Position numbers and translations under genes: made by a program. The notes beneath the pieces are model-generated. The model did no database searches and was not told the origin of the DNA. It worked only from the letters and a program-made list of their open reading frames with translations. Positions 39,605-49,526 of a stretch of DNA of 64,000 nt are shown in pieces. Within the stretch, counting starts at the first letter, position 1; the number at the start of each line of letters is the position of its first letter. Source of the DNA: a virus; IMG/VR virus record IMGVR_UViG_3300042292_000979, one strand, 5' to 3'.

Positions 39605-40913
39605 TTATCTCCTTGTTCTTTTCCTATTGGCAACATAGCCACCAGCTAGTCCAAGGGCAGAAGCTGCTGCTGCAGTCTTTAAATTTAAATGAGCATTTTT
39701 ACCACCTTTGGAGACAGCACTACTTAGGGTGGCACTTGCCCTAGTGGCACTAGGCGCTCCTGTGGCTACCGCAGAAGCAACACTTGCTCCCCTGGAAGCA
39801 CCAGCTGTTTTTGCACTAGAAACTATAGAAGCTACAGGGCCATCTAACGCTTCATATTCCGGAATAACATCATCAACGTAAGCTACACTTTCACTCATTG
39901 TATTAAAATAGTCATCATCAAAGTATCCAGCTGCATCTTTCAACGCATACTCCGCAGCTTCATCTACCGGACCAGCAGCTTTACCTCTTGCCACTGCTGC
40001 TTCTATATTTTTTTGAGCTTGAGTTTGCGCTGTCCTTTGCGGAACTGGTTTACCAACAGTAAGAGTTGATTTACCCCCAGTGCTTTTTTCCATTTTTATT
40101 TCTGCTCTTAACTCAACCGTTAATGGATCAGAAGCGTTAACAATTAAGTCTTCTTCTCTTGTTAGATTGTTGAAACCTTTGGCTAAAAGTCGTTTTAATT
40201 CTTCTTTTAAATCACCGTCTAGTATTTACTTTTGCCTGACGCCTGCCTATGTCATTTAATCTTGTTTCTCTTGCTATTTCAATTTTTCTTAGATTTATTT
40301 GAGCTTGAGTTCTTGGCGATAAAGATTCAGCTGCAGTTTCTATCACTTCTTCACCGTAGGCTGCGGCAGAATCAGCTTGCAGTCCCGATAGATATGCTAA
40401 AGAATCTTCTCCATATAATCCCGATATACTTACGGGAACTCGCATATCCATTTCAATTTCACCAAGAGCGCCACCAAAGATTGAATCTAGATCTAATCCA
40501 CCATAAGCATCCATATTATTTGGAAGTTTGCCAGTATTTGCATATCTTTTCAATACATCTATTCTTCTGGTAAGATCTAGAAATTCTTCAACCCCCTCAT
40601 CTACTGAGCGAAATTGACCAGTGATCGAATCATCAATTCCAAACTGATCTGGTTGCATTCCACCAGGTAAAGTCCAATTCCTACTGAGTCTACTTTTTTC
40701 AGCTTTACTTAAACCAGAAAAGAAGTCCCACTCTCCACCACGTCCACCTCTATATTTTTCTCCAGATATAGTTGTTTTTGTTTCTAATTTTGGTGGAGGA
40801 CTAATAAATCCAAGTCCTTTTTCTGCAAATTGATCTTCAAGCGCAGTAGCTTCTTGGCCAGCGCGTTGCCTAATCGCTGCTCTTAATTCATTAAGTTCTT
40901 TTTCTGAAGCCAT
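39605..40913 (-). CDS. Probable structural/hypothetical protein, joined by a +1 shift at CGG 40215-40217 (minus)
   Basis: ORF 40212..40913 ends AGA-CGG-TGA; +1 reading opens GDLKEELKRLLAKGFNNLTREEDLIVNASDPLTVELRAEIK directly into ORF 39605..40093. Confidence 0.65.
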
Positions 40914-40924
40914 TTTAAAGTTCC

Positions 40925-42315
40925 TTATCTAACTAACTTAAAAGCAGTTTCCATTCCGCTTTATTATTCTAGAAGATGTTTTACTTGCCGCTCTAAGAAT
41001 TGGCGCGTCTACAGTAGATAGCGCGTTGTCAACAGTTGAGCTAACTACTGCTCTTGCTGCTTGAGCCGAGTCTTGCGCTATCTCAGGAAGAATACTTTCG
41101 GAAGAGAGCGAAGCCTGCGCTATTAATTCACTTGTTCTATCCATCGTACTTAAGGAAGACGATCTTAAATAATTAGCTGCAGATTTAAATTGACTAGAAT
41201 CTGCAACTGTATTAATATTCTTTAAATCTGAAGCAAGCGCTGGACTTATGGATAGGCTAGCAGAAGTCCCCGACGCTGCTTCTAACATTGCCGTCTTATA
41301 CGTTGATACTAAACTTGGATCAGCTGATTTTTGTATAGCTTCTATGGATTCATCAATTAATCCCATTTGTTCTATTTGTAGTTTTCCGGAAAATATACTA
41401 GGTACAGATAGTGTAGAATGATATGTTGCATGAGCTTCGATTAATGCAAGCCTCTCTGCTTTTTTCATGTTAGCTGTAAGTAAATCGTCAGCTATATCTT
41501 CTGGAATACCAGACGCTATATCTCTACTGGATACCTCTTGCATAAGTTCTGATACTTTTTCTTTGTACCTAGGATTATAATATCCACTTTTAAAACCACC
41601 ACCCAGTTTAGCGTACCCTCCTAAAGATAGCCTTTCTGATAAATACTCTTTTAAGGAGGTTCTGCTAGCCAGTGCATATCCAACGCTATCGGCTCTAGCT
41701 TCTTCAAGTGCGTGATATTGCAAAGAGCCTATAGCTTTTTGTGTAATACTTTCATAAGACAAGCTTGGATCTTGAGTGGTCAATTTTTGTAAATTGTTTA
41801 CTAGTTTATAATCTTCTTTTTTAGCCCCAGCTAATGAGCTAAATGAGTGACCAATTTCGTGGAAGATAGTATGAACTGATGATGATAGTCTTTTTAGTGG
41901 ACCTTGATCTCCTGGAGGAGCAAACAGTCTTTCGTTTAAGAAAATAAAAGAGTTAACAGCACTTGGATCTTCTAGTTTGATTCCCTGTCTTCTTAGGAGT
42001 TTTAAAGCGTTCTCTTGTTGTTCTCCAAAAAGATTTATTTGAGATCCGTCTAGCTCGATCACCTAATTCATCTAAACCATATTTTTTTAATTTTTTATCA
42101 GAAACAACTGAAATAGCAGTTTTTTTACCAACAAGTTTACCCATAACAGATTGACCAATTGCAGCCCCGTCACGTTCAAATTGAATGCGCAAATTACCAA
42201 TGTCAGCTTGATCAACAATTTTTTGTGCCAATTCAACTGTATCCGAATGCACTCTACGACGAGAAGATCTACCTATGTTTATTGTAAAATCATCTATTCT
42301 TTGAGTCTTTGCCAT
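40925..42315 (-). CDS. Putative zinc metallopeptidase, joined by a +1 shift at CGG 42046-42048 (minus)
   Basis: KKYGLDELGDRAR-G-SQINLFGEQQENALKLLRRQ...VHTIFHEIGHSFSSL (HExxH)...LEEARADSVG; second CGG at 40956-40958 near the end. Confidence 0.75.
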
Positions 42316-42347
42316 AATACTAAATAGTAACTGTTACTATATATAAT

Positions 42348-42665
42348 ATGAGAGATCCAATTAGGCATGGTGGGCTAAATGACCCCGGTATTGTTTCTGG
42401 TGGAATTGTATCCAGTGGTAATTTTCGTTTAAACAAATTCCAACGTGCAACTGTTTCTAACCCAAGATCGATAGATCCAAGGTTCAGAGGACCTGGAATG
42501 CGCCAGGCTAAGGTTGGGATTAAAGGATTACAGAAGGTCGAATCGGCTGGATTAGGGTCAATAGTGACCCCTCAATCGGTATCTGCAAGAGCTGGCATGA
42601 GAGCTAACTTTAGTTTTCAAAGTCTTAATTTTAACAAGAATCCAAGATACAACCCATATACTTAA
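42348..42665 (+). CDS. Hypothetical protein
   Basis: Coherent ORF MRDPIRHGGLNDPGIVSGG... Confidence 0.45.
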   Translation: MRDPIRHGGLNDPGIVSGGIVSSGNFRLNKFQRATVSNPRSIDPRFRGPGMRQAKVGIKGLQKVESAGLGSIVTPQSVSARAGMRANFSFQSLNFNKNPRYNPYT

Positions 42666-42666
42666 T

Positions 42667-42814
42667 ATGAAAAAAGTTTTAAAAACCATTGAAAATATGG
42701 CTGGAAAAATTGTACGGAAGAGTATTGGGATACATTGTCTTTAATTTACTAATGCCCCGCTCTCAGCAAAATATTGAAGACTTAAATAAAGCCTATAGAG
42801 AAAATCAAATATAA
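42667..42814 (+). CDS. Small hydrophobic protein, joined by a +1 shift at CGG 42715; not in ORF track
   Basis: MKKVLKTIENMAGKIV-G-RVLGYIVFNLLMPRSQQNIEDLNKAYRENQI. Confidence 0.55.
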
Positions 42815-42819
42815 AAGCC

Positions 42820-43506
42820 TTATACTTTTGTAAAGCTTACAATTATCGATGCTGCCTTAAAGTCTGAATCATAAGAATTTACCTTGTGGTAAACTATATC
42901 TTTTATTGTTTTATCATTTTCTAATTTTACAAACATTTGTTCAAAATTATCTTTAATAAAATGATCTTCTTTTATAGATATAACTCCAATACCTTCTGAT
43001 TTTAAATAGCTTAATAAATTAACAAAATCATCTGAACCAAGATGGCCAAGGGTAAAAGTGCCGGAACTGATAAAGTAATCGTAATAGTTTTGCAATAGCA
43101 ACTTTGGATCAGTTAGATCATCTGTTATCATCCAGTCATAAACCGGTTTAAAATTCTTCTTTCTCTTTAGAGAAGCTATTCCTATCATCGAAGAAGATAT
43201 ATCGACTCCTTCAATCCAAAGATCTTCATTAATAGAAGAGAAACTTTCTCCCAGTAGACCAGTACCGCAGCCTATGTCTAATATCTTATTCCCTTTTTCT
43301 TCTGTATGATTATTGCTAGAAATAATATCAAAAAATATCTTAGCTACTTGATCAGGTAAAATATAATTTACATCTTTTGTATAATCATCATATTCATGAG
43401 CCCAATCGTTATAAAATCTTTCTAGATCTTTAGGACTTTGATAGGAATAAACTGTATCTACATCATAGTCATTGGGTGTTTTCATACTTAGAATGTATGC
43501 ACCCAA
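42820..43506 (-). CDS. Class I SAM methyltransferase
   Basis: NKILDIGCGTGLLGESFSSINEDLWIEGVDISSSMIGIA. Confidence 0.85.
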   Translation of the reverse strand: MGAYILSMKTPNDYDVDTVYSYQSPKDLERFYNDWAHEYDDYTKDVNYILPDQVAKIFFDIISSNNHTEEKGNKILDIGCGTGLLGESFSSINEDLWIEGVDISSSMIGIASLKRKKNFKPVYDWMITDDLTDPKLLLQNYYDYFISSGTFTLGHLGSDDFVNLLSYLKSEGIGVISIKEDHFIKDNFEQMFVKLENDKTIKDIVYHKVNSYDSDFKAASIIVSFTKV

Positions 43507-44594
43507 GCAGAGAATTCCTCGTCTGATTCTCCAAGGTTCTCAAATTCTATTGTGCCAGCTTCTTCAAACTTTCTACGCAGCCACGCACCGTTTCTATCAA
43601 GTAACCCAAGCTTACTTACGTTTGGGACAATCTTTGCGGCAAGCATCTTGCGTATCCAAGCTTGTGCTGGGTCGTTAAGTAGGAATGGAGCTATATCTTT
43701 TGTCTTGACTCCCATTTTTTCGTATACCTCTTGTTGAAGTACTCTTTCTCCAACTTTGACACTTGCTTCATAGGCGAATTCCTGGCGCTCCATAATTTCA
43801 GCATCGGTCATTTGAGCATATACTTCTTTTAATGTAATTACACCAAAAGAAATATGGCGAGCTTCATCTGTCATTACATTTCTAAGGAGCTGCTTTAATA
43901 AAGGTTCTTTCGTTAGTTCGCGCAAATACGCCATTGATCCAAGGCCTAGACCTTCAACCATGATCTGCATACCGAGGTATGTTATGTCCCAACGGCTGTC
44001 GGAAATTGTATCATCCACAAGACTCTGTATGTGCCAATTAAATGGCAATGTGCCACCAAGTTTTTCATTACCATACTTTGCAAATACTTCAACATGTCGA
44101 GCTTCATCTACGACCTGAGTTGCTGCGTATAGTTTTCCGTCATACCATGGACAAGTCATTACTTGTTTAGAGGCGCATAATAATGCTGCTTGCTCTCCAT
44201 GAATAAACTGAGAGATTAACCACTTCCTACTTTCAAGACCAAACTCAATCCATTCTTTTCTGCCCCATTTTTCAAGTGGACTACCTACATAAACCGATAG
44301 ATCTCTACTGGTACCAAATCTAGCATAATCTTCTAATAGCGTTTTTTCTTGATCAACAGGAATGGACCAGTCTAAAGCTGTTTCTCCATTCCATTGATTA
44401 TTCTTAGCTTTTTCATAAAGCTTTCTCAACTGAGTGTGTACGAGTGAATAGTCCCAGGTCAGCAATGCATCAAAATTTGTTTTAACCACATGATTTACGG
44501 CGTTAAAATCTACATCCGGGGCATTCATTATCGGATCCATATCCTTGATGTTTATATTTCCAATAAATTCTTTATAGGTTTCTTCTGTAATCAT
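43488..44594 (-). CDS. Ferritin-like diiron oxygenase (AurF/p-aminobenzoate N-oxygenase-like)
   Basis: VDEARHVEVFAKY and MTDEARHISFGV diiron ligand motifs. Confidence 0.7.
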   Translation of the reverse strand: MITEETYKEFIGNINIKDMDPIMNAPDVDFNAVNHVVKTNFDALLTWDYSLVHTQLRKLYEKAKNNQWNGETALDWSIPVDQEKTLLEDYARFGTSRDLSVYVGSPLEKWGRKEWIEFGLESRKWLISQFIHGEQAALLCASKQVMTCPWYDGKLYAATQVVDEARHVEVFAKYGNEKLGGTLPFNWHIQSLVDDTISDSRWDITYLGMQIMVEGLGLGSMAYLRELTKEPLLKQLLRNVMTDEARHISFGVITLKEVYAQMTDAEIMERQEFAYEASVKVGERVLQQEVYEKMGVKTKDIAPFLLNDPAQAWIRKMLAAKIVPNVSKLGLLDRNGAWLRRKFEEAGTIEFENLGESDEEFSAWVHTF

Positions 44595-44661
44595 CGTATT
44601 CTCCTTGAAAATAATCTTATTTAAATATACATAATCTATAGTAGTGTTCTTTTACTATGAG

Positions 44662-45273
44662 CTAATCCTTCAATGTAATTTTAGGAACTTCGTATTCTGA
44701 CCAATCTGGACTTATTGTTAAATTTTCTTTTAATGGCCTAAGGTTAGCGCTAATAACTATTCTTTTTTCATCGCTATAATGACGATTTGTCATATGGGGT
44801 ATAAAAGAATTAAACAATGTTAACATTCCGGTTTGAGGTTTTATGGAAGTCGCATTTTCTACTGTATTGCAATATTGTGTCAAAAATATTAATTCCGCAC
44901 TTCCGGATGGAGCATTTACGTAATATGATATTGAATAGTAATCCAGTGGAAATAATTGAGTATTAACCTTATGAGTGTGACAGACTACAGATTGTCCACG
45001 CTCAAGGGTAAGTGTCCAAGCCGAATCTATAACCATCTCTTTTGCAAGTATGACATTAACTGTTTCGGTAATTTTCTTTAATAGTTTAGCGCATTCTGGC
45101 TTTTCATATGGGTAGTACTTATCTTCATAAAAAGTGTGAGCCGGATGAGGATTTTTTATATCTGGAACTTGACCTGAAAATTGTTCTATTTCTTTTGCCA
45201 CTAACTCATTATCTATTCCGTCAATGAAGCATGTGTGAGCATCTAATAAAATTAGATTAATTTGTTCACTCAT
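44662..45273 (-). CDS. Putative 2OG-Fe(II) oxygenase / double-stranded beta-helix protein
   Basis: SVVCHTHKVNTQLFPLDYYSISYYVNAPSGSAELIFL ... QTGMLTLFNSFIPHMTNRHYSDEKRIVISANL. Confidence 0.5.
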   Translation of the reverse strand: MSEQINLILLDAHTCFIDGIDNELVAKEIEQFSGQVPDIKNPHPAHTFYEDKYYPYEKPECAKLLKKITETVNVILAKEMVIDSAWTLTLERGQSVVCHTHKVNTQLFPLDYYSISYYVNAPSGSAELIFLTQYCNTVENATSIKPQTGMLTLFNSFIPHMTNRHYSDEKRIVISANLRPLKENLTISPDWSEYEVPKITLKD

Positions 45274-45276
45274 ATT

Positions 45277-46017
45277 TTACTGCTTAACTACTATTGTTAA
45301 ACCAAAAAAAAGTGGGACGTGATACATTCTACAGTCTTTTCTTAATTTTATTTCCTCATGATACGCAGCTGTGGGTGAGGCAACAGTGTCATTTTGATAT
45401 AGAAATATGCTGTCCGAAGAATTTTGTATAATTAAAATACCATTAGTATTTAATCTATCTAGGTAAAAATCTGGACCAACAAATGGGTTCTCCATTTCCT
45501 GTGACCATCCTATGATCATATCAAACATGTGGACATTGCAATTATCTTTTTCTAAATCTTGATGACTAATGACTTCATGTTCTATGGGAGCATATTCTTC
45601 TTGGAATTTTTTATACAGAGATGTTTTTTTATTATTCAACATATATATTTTAGAACCATAAATATCTTGAAATGGCTTTAGCTTATACGTATCTAATCCA
45701 CCAGATATACCTAATATGCTTTTTGGTTTACACACATCCGCTAAAAGCTGAGTTACCAATAACGGCATCCATTGAGCTTGGCCATAAGAATCAGCTAGAT
45801 TGGGTCTTGCATAATGAATAACAAATTCATAATCACTTGCACCACCAGTAGCTATATTTCTTTTGTCTACTTTAATAATGTTCCATAAATAATTAGCAAT
45901 AGCCACAGACTGCAAACCATCATCTTTTGATGCTTGGGTTGTAAACTTTCTCCAGTCGTATGCCCAATTAGTAAAATCAAAAGATTTTTTAGTTTCATAT
46001 CTGTTATCATTTGTCAT
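45277..46017 (-). CDS. Rossmann-fold methyltransferase-like protein
   Basis: PKSILGISGGLDTYKLKPFQDIYG...FDMIIGWSQEM...YLDRLNTNGILIIQNS. Confidence 0.4.
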   Translation of the reverse strand: MTNDNRYETKKSFDFTNWAYDWRKFTTQASKDDGLQSVAIANYLWNIIKVDKRNIATGGASDYEFVIHYARPNLADSYGQAQWMPLLVTQLLADVCKPKSILGISGGLDTYKLKPFQDIYGSKIYMLNNKKTSLYKKFQEEYAPIEHEVISHQDLEKDNCNVHMFDMIIGWSQEMENPFVGPDFYLDRLNTNGILIIQNSSDSIFLYQNDTVASPTAAYHEEIKLRKDCRMYHVPLFFGLTIVVKQ

Positions 46018-47062
46018 TTTTTACCTCGTATAGTGCATACTGTATGCTGAACCAGCATCTTCTTATACCCCTGCATAAAACAATATTTTGTTTTTTTATA
46101 TATTCTTGCGCGGCAATGTTGTAATCCGGGTTACTGTGCTTGTAGATGTATCTAGATCTAACTAAATTTATAGCTTCATCTATTGAAAAATCATTAAATT
46201 TATCTTCATCTATTCCAAGGATATATAAGAACGATGCTAAATGTTGAGAATTTATTTGTAAATCTTCTAAAGAATTATAACTACTCTTCATCTTTGTCAT
46301 CGGTTTCTTCTTCTTTATACATCGCAACTCCCTGACACATACTAACTGGCTTTCCCGCGACATAGTATATGCCAGTGGCGGAATCCCAATCCATTGTTTC
46401 ATTGTCCCAATCTGGAACATCTGTTATAGATTCACCTTGTCTTTTGGTTACATCTAATTCATTATTTAATTCGTTTGATTCGCCAATGCTACTCATGATT
46501 GAAGCAGCTTTCTATACGAAATTATTTCTTCAATTAAACAACTAAAAGCCTGATATTGAGGAGTTGATTCATTAAAAGGATTTTTAGAATTTTCATTTAA
46601 AATTGTATAATCTACATTTAATAGTGAGCTTAGTATATCTATAGATTTAGCCAAAAACATTTTTGCTTCATTTTTTGCTTTAGCTTTGTCGTATTGTCCT
46701 AGTTCCATTTTTTACCTCTATATTCTTTCCTTGTCTTATTGTAGCACAAAAATAGTCTACCACTGCCAGTTTAATGGACTAGTAAAAACATTGTACTCTG
46801 GATTAAAAATATCTCCTACATTTGGATATTTTCCGCGAAGATTATTTTCATAATCATAACAACGCTTAAAACGCACATTTGGATGATTTAATTGATTGGT
46901 ATAATATTTTTCCCAATCTTCAATTGAGCCTAACAATGTTGTTGCATCGGTATCATTTAGATTTTCTTCACAGTCTTCTAAGACCAAAATAACAACATTC
47001 ATTTTATTTATTAAAGCGTAACTTGTCATAAATATAATTATATCACACTGCTCAAATAAGTC

Positions 47063-47815
47063 TTAGTATTGTGAATCTATTTTGTTCACTTCATTTATTA
47101 ATTTTCTTTCTTTTGGCCATCTATTCATCAGCTCCTTGGATTTTGAAAAAAATCCTTGAGAGACGAATCTATCTCCGCTTAAGATCGGAAGCACTTCATG
47201 CGCGGCATCTTCATTACCCACATCAGACCATATAAGAAGAGAATTTGCTAAAGGTTTAAAATTAAAACCAGTTACTGGCATATTAAAATTACCACCTTCA
47301 TAATCATCGTTTATATAATAAACAGAAGAAAAATCCGTTCCTGCATTTTTTTCAACTAAAATTGTTCCATCACAGTGAAGCTTCATACTGCTCCCAGCTC
47401 CAGCATGAGCTAACCATGGTTCAGTTTCTCGATATACAACATCTCCCCATATATCAAGAATTATTTCTTCAGTTTTTTTCTGGATATTATCCAGAACATC
47501 ATAGACTTGACCATAAGTAGGTATAGCCATAGATATTTTATAGTTGTCACCATGCCTAGTATCATTTGGATATGGTTCTTCTATTTGACCGCTATTAAAT
47601 AATATATACTCTTCTTCTGTCATTAAAAACGAACGTTTAAATTTTAAGTTTGGATCCTTAGAGTGAGTGTATTCTTTCCATCTAATTGGCCCTCCATACC
47701 CAACAAACTCAAAGTTATCTTTGTTTTCTCTACAATATTTATCTACTATTTTTCTTTCGTCATCTGGAAGAAAATTTTTAAATATAGTTATAATTGGAGT
47801 ATATTCTTTTTTCAT
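47063..47815 (-). CDS. 2OG-Fe(II) oxygenase, tandem copy 1
   Basis: SMKLHCDGTILVEKNAGTDFSSVYYINDDYEGGNFNMPVTGFNFKPLANSLLIWSDVGNEDAAHEVLP. Confidence 0.8.
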   Translation of the reverse strand: MKKEYTPIITIFKNFLPDDERKIVDKYCRENKDNFEFVGYGGPIRWKEYTHSKDPNLKFKRSFLMTEEEYILFNSGQIEEPYPNDTRHGDNYKISMAIPTYGQVYDVLDNIQKKTEEIILDIWGDVVYRETEPWLAHAGAGSSMKLHCDGTILVEKNAGTDFSSVYYINDDYEGGNFNMPVTGFNFKPLANSLLIWSDVGNEDAAHEVLPILSGDRFVSQGFFSKSKELMNRWPKERKLINEVNKIDSQY

Positions 47816-47829
47816 ATTTTATTTATCCT

Positions 47830-48522
47830 TTAAATTATTGAAAAAAATCCTTGAGAAACAAATCTATCTCCACTTAAAACAGGGAGTACTTCGTGCGCCA
47901 TGTTTTCATCACCAGAGTTGGACCATACAACAAGAGAATTTGCTAAAGGCTTAAGATTAAAACCCATCATTGGCATATTAAAATTCCCGCCCTCATAATC
48001 ATCATTTACATAATAAACTACAGAAAAGTCTGTTGATGCGTCCCTGTTGGCTATAAAAGTTCCATCACAATGTAACTTCATGTGATCTCCAATTGAAGAA
48101 TGAGTTAACCATGGACCACTTTCCCTAAATGTTTTATGTCCATATGTGTTTAAAATTATTTCTTCAGTTTGCTCAAGCATGCGTGTTAAGGTTTCGTATA
48201 TCAGGCCATGCGTAGGTATATCCATGTACATCTTGTAATTGTCACCATGCTTGCTATCTTCAGGATAAGGTTCTTCTATCTCACCATTAGTAAATAAAGA
48301 ATACTCTTCTTCTGTCATTAGGAACGAGCGTTTAAATTTTAAGTTTGGATCCTTTGAATGCTCGTACTCTTTCCATCTAACTGGAGATCCGTATCCAACA
48401 AACTCAAAATTATCCTTGTTTTCTTTACAGTATTTGTCTACGATTTTCCAATCATTTTCTGGAAGGAAGTCTGTAAAAATAGATATTCTGGGTTCATGTG
48501 TTTTTTTCATATCACTTATCAT
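47830..48522 (-). CDS. 2OG-Fe(II) oxygenase, tandem copy 2
   Basis: HMKLHCDGTFIANRDASTDFSVVYYVNDDYEGGNFNMPMMGFNLKPLANSLVVWSNSGDENMAHEVLP. Confidence 0.8.
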   Translation of the reverse strand: MISDMKKTHEPRISIFTDFLPENDWKIVDKYCKENKDNFEFVGYGSPVRWKEYEHSKDPNLKFKRSFLMTEEEYSLFTNGEIEEPYPEDSKHGDNYKMYMDIPTHGLIYETLTRMLEQTEEIILNTYGHKTFRESGPWLTHSSIGDHMKLHCDGTFIANRDASTDFSVVYYVNDDYEGGNFNMPMMGFNLKPLANSLVVWSNSGDENMAHEVLPVLSGDRFVSQGFFSII

Positions 48523-49387
48523 AAGTATATCTTAGATCTGGTCTTGCTTCTTCGAATGGTACCACTTTATCATCAACGATGTAAAGCATATTATGAGCAT
48601 TTTCACGCTCTACACGTTCTTGCTCCATCTTGCCCCACTTATGAGCGCCATGCATTCTTTGATTTTGAAGCCATTCTTCTGTTCCGTTAAAATTATAAAC
48701 AATAAAATTTCTTACAAAAAATTTATTTCCTTTTGTGATTGCTCTAACTCCATGGTAATAAGGTTCTGTTGACGGGAATATTAAGATATCTCCAGCTTTT
48801 GGTTTATGATTATAATATTTTCCGTCTATATAAAAACAAATATCTCCACCATCATAGTCGTCATTTAAATATGTTGTGCAAGTTAAAAAAAACTTATTTC
48901 CTGGCATATCTTTTTCAGATATTATAAAATCAGTATGAAATTGCATTGTTAATTTATTGTTCATTATATCTATTTGTTCGTCATATTTTGAAAATGACGA
49001 AGTCATTAAAGAAGATCCTTCTGGAAGTTTAATTTGGTGACGAGTAATGTAGTCACTTATTGCAGCACTGTAAGCTGCATACACTCTTTCGCTTAGATGT
49101 TTTTCTTCGTCGTATCTTTGACCACTTTGTGCTTCCTCAAGCTCATGTTTTTCTTGAGTATAAGTTCCAAATACTGACCACTTATCCCATTTTCTTAGAT
49201 GAAATCTTCCATTAGCATCAGCGTCTGACTGTTTCATTATTTGATACAGTTCATATGCGTCTGGTAAAAGACCAGTATAAACATCTACCATGGGATAAAG
49301 TTCATTGTAAGATAAATCCATTGTATTATTTCCTTCCATTGTATTGTTTTCCCTTGAAAGTGAACAAGGTATATATTCAGAATCCAT
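48512..49387 (-). CDS. 2OG-Fe(II) oxygenase (prolyl hydroxylase-like)
   Basis: MQFHTDFIIS...TCTTYLNDDYDGGDICFYIDGKYYNHKPKAGDILIFPSTEPYYHGVRAITKGNKFFVRNFI. Confidence 0.85.
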   Translation of the reverse strand: MDSEYIPCSLSRENNTMEGNNTMDLSYNELYPMVDVYTGLLPDAYELYQIMKQSDADANGRFHLRKWDKWSVFGTYTQEKHELEEAQSGQRYDEEKHLSERVYAAYSAAISDYITRHQIKLPEGSSLMTSSFSKYDEQIDIMNNKLTMQFHTDFIISEKDMPGNKFFLTCTTYLNDDYDGGDICFYIDGKYYNHKPKAGDILIFPSTEPYYHGVRAITKGNKFFVRNFIVYNFNGTEEWLQNQRMHGAHKWGKMEQERVERENAHNMLYIVDDKVVPFEEARPDLRYTYDK

Positions 49388-49426
49388 AAAATCGTCTCCT
49401 TTAAGATGTATATATTTAAAAAAAAA

Positions 49427-49526
49427 TCAGTCGTCATCCTCAACTCCGTCTATCTCCACAAAGTGGATTAGAAGGAATTGGAGTGCGACATGGGCAGGGG
49501 TTATTTCTTCTTCCGATTACAGTCAT
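49427..49526 (-). CDS. Small Cys/Pro-containing protein with possible +1 shift at CGG 49446-49448 (minus)
   Basis: MTVIGRRNNPCPCRTPIPSNPLCGDR then CGG AGT TGA in frame 0, or G-VEDDD-stop after +1. Confidence 0.35.

Noticed and set aside
7441-42814. Simple reassignment of CGG to another amino acid or to stop
   Set aside because: Triplet reassignment would not restore frame; all nine cases need one additional base.
7441-42814. CGGN decoded as arginine by an expanded tRNA-Arg
   Set aside because: Possible at most sites, but the M15 motif at 14765 requires Gly and the only matching tRNA in the window is Gly-type. The visible tRNA-Arg has anticodon UCU.
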